Assembly (NCBI GenBank): GCA_051294375.1
Contig: CM119270.1
Span: 99,355-163,354 of the forward strand
Origin: Paraspadella gotoi
Taxonomy: Eukaryota > Animalia > Chaetognatha
Length of the DNA: 64,000 bases
Direction of reading: 5' to 3'
The notes beneath the pieces were generated by a model. It did no database searches and was not told the origin of the DNA. It saw only the letters and a program-made list of their open reading frames with translations. Shown here one piece after another: positions 62,333 to 64,000 of this stretch. Both the position numbers and the translations under genes were made by a program. Numbering within the stretch: position 1 is the stretch's first letter; each line of letters begins with the position of its first letter.

Positions 62333-62856
62333 ACTCGGCAAAAGCCAATATTAAAGAAAAGAAGGTTTATCTGCGCAACAGATTCTTTCTTTCAAAATTC
62401 CCGCACGGAAATTTTCGCTCAAACTAAAAGTTTTCTTTTCTTGTTCAATGAAATGTTTTTTACTTCGCGAAGATTTATGAAAATATAAAAAAAAATCATT
62501 ATAATAGGTAAATTTTTAAAAAAAATATATCGATAAAACTTAAATTAGTAATTATATTGAATAACTAAATTCGTTACAAAGAAAAGACAAATAATTTGGT
62601 GTGTCGTTATTTTTCTTTTTTTTCTTTCCTCTCTCTCTCACTCTCAGCTTAGTATAACTAACAGTTGAAGTAATATGACCGTGTAATCTTGATAGAATAG
62701 CTTGAAGTAAAATTGAAGTACAAAAAGTAGTAGAAGTATAATTAATTGTTTAAAGTAACAGGATCGTGCTAAATTATATTTTTGATAAAGTAGCTTTTTG
62801 AGGTAGTTTTGAAAACTGGCCTAAAGCTCTACTCCTATTTTCAATATCAATATCAA

Positions 62857-62892
<36 letters not shown>

Positions 62893-63104
62893 AAGGTGGT
62901 GTTGATTACCGGGTGTCCACTCTCTTTTCCCTCTTCTCAGAAAATGAGTCGATTTGAAAAGAGAGAAAGATTTAGTTTCTGCTCTTTTGACTTTTCGTGA
63001 CCTAAACGAGGAAAAATTGAGAGAGAAAATTGAAAAAAGAAGAAGAAAAAGGAAAAGAAAAAAAAATTAAAAAAACAAACAGAAGAACTAATAAAAGAAA
63101 AACA

Positions 63105-63346
63105 GTTATTAAAAAAGAAAAATAATTAAGAAAAGGGAAAAAGAATTAAGAAAATGGAAAAAGAATTAATAAAAGGGAAAAAGAATTAATAAAAGAAACA
63201 AATAATTAATAAAAGGGACAACAAATTAAGAAAAGGTAAAAAGAATTAAGAAAATTTAAAAATAATTAATAAAAGGGAAAGAGAATTAAGAAAAGGTAAA
63301 AAGAATAAAGAAAAGGGAAAAAGAATTAAGAAAAGGGAAAAGAATT
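63105..63346. repeat. 20-bp minisatellite (AAGAATTAAGAAAAGGGAAA)
   Basis: About 12 units. Confidence 0.85.
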
Positions 63347-63675
63347 ATGTCCCTCGTTGGAAGGAATTTTGTGATGAAGAGGAAAAAGCGAAAAAAGGCT
63401 GTGACTCCAAGGTTGAGTGGCGGAGGAAAGGGGGGAGGGAGGAAGGAGGAGGAGGAGGCAGGAGGAGGAAGAAAAGGGGGAAGAGGAGGGAGAAAGGTAA
63501 AAAAGGAGAGGAAAAGGAAAAGGGAGAGAAGAAGAGAAAGAAGGAAGTAGAGTAGGAGGGAGAGGAAGAGGAGGAGAATGCGGAGGAGCGAAGTAGAGTA
63601 GGATGGGCCCTGAACATAAGTTATTGAAAAGGAGTTGCGAACAGGTGAAAGGAAGGCGGGTTCGATCGACGAGAT

Positions 63676-63718
<43 letters not shown>

Positions 63719-63935
63719 GGACGCATAGAGAGTAGATGAGTAAAAAGTCTCCAATCTGTTGTCTTAGTTAGTGATTTTAACATTTTAGTTCATTTCAAAA
63801 AGGGCTTTTATTATTCTAATCATGCAATTAGTTTACCAATTATCTTTTTTTTTAAAAAAGGACATTGTAAAAAAACAGGAACATTAATTTATTTTCTATC
63901 ACTGAAAACTGACGACGAAAAAAATAAGATTTAGG

Positions 63936-63980
<45 letters not shown>

Positions 63981-64000
63981 CTGAAATTAATTTATTCTAA

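Overview
Draft-assembly window from an AT-rich, extremely microsatellite-rich eukaryote, most plausibly an invertebrate animal. It has many N-gaps and several noisy duplicated segments that look like long-read gap-fill artefacts. Two intron-rich + strand genes can be built by hand with consistent splice phases: a ZC3H10-like CCCH zinc-finger gene (10 coding exons, 6517-29504, about 768 aa) and the mitochondrial dicarboxylate carrier SLC25A10/DIC (7 exons, 31671-36588, 290 aa). Nearly all ORFs in the supplied track are simple-repeat artefacts. The most striking signal is non-coding: three sequence-unrelated short dispersed repeat families each fold by eye into the twister ribozyme topology. Family 3 is a circularly permuted P5-type twister with a palindromic AGGCCU P1 (32142, 42688, 10200, partial 22358). 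Family 1 is a tandem ~425-bp tRNA(Met)-headed element with a P1-type twister-like domain (11813-12487, relics at 56-173 and 28805). Family 2 is a tRNA-headed SINE with a degenerate twister fold (42880-43119). Together they suggest a 'twister-SINE/retrozyme' system. All folds were derived by hand, and no covariance-model search or cleavage assay has been run. The window also holds a ~1-kb palindromic hAT-like MITE, a tandem array of tRNA T-arm/B-box units, minisatellites that copy splice junctions, and RFX and bZIP/MRE motif clusters.
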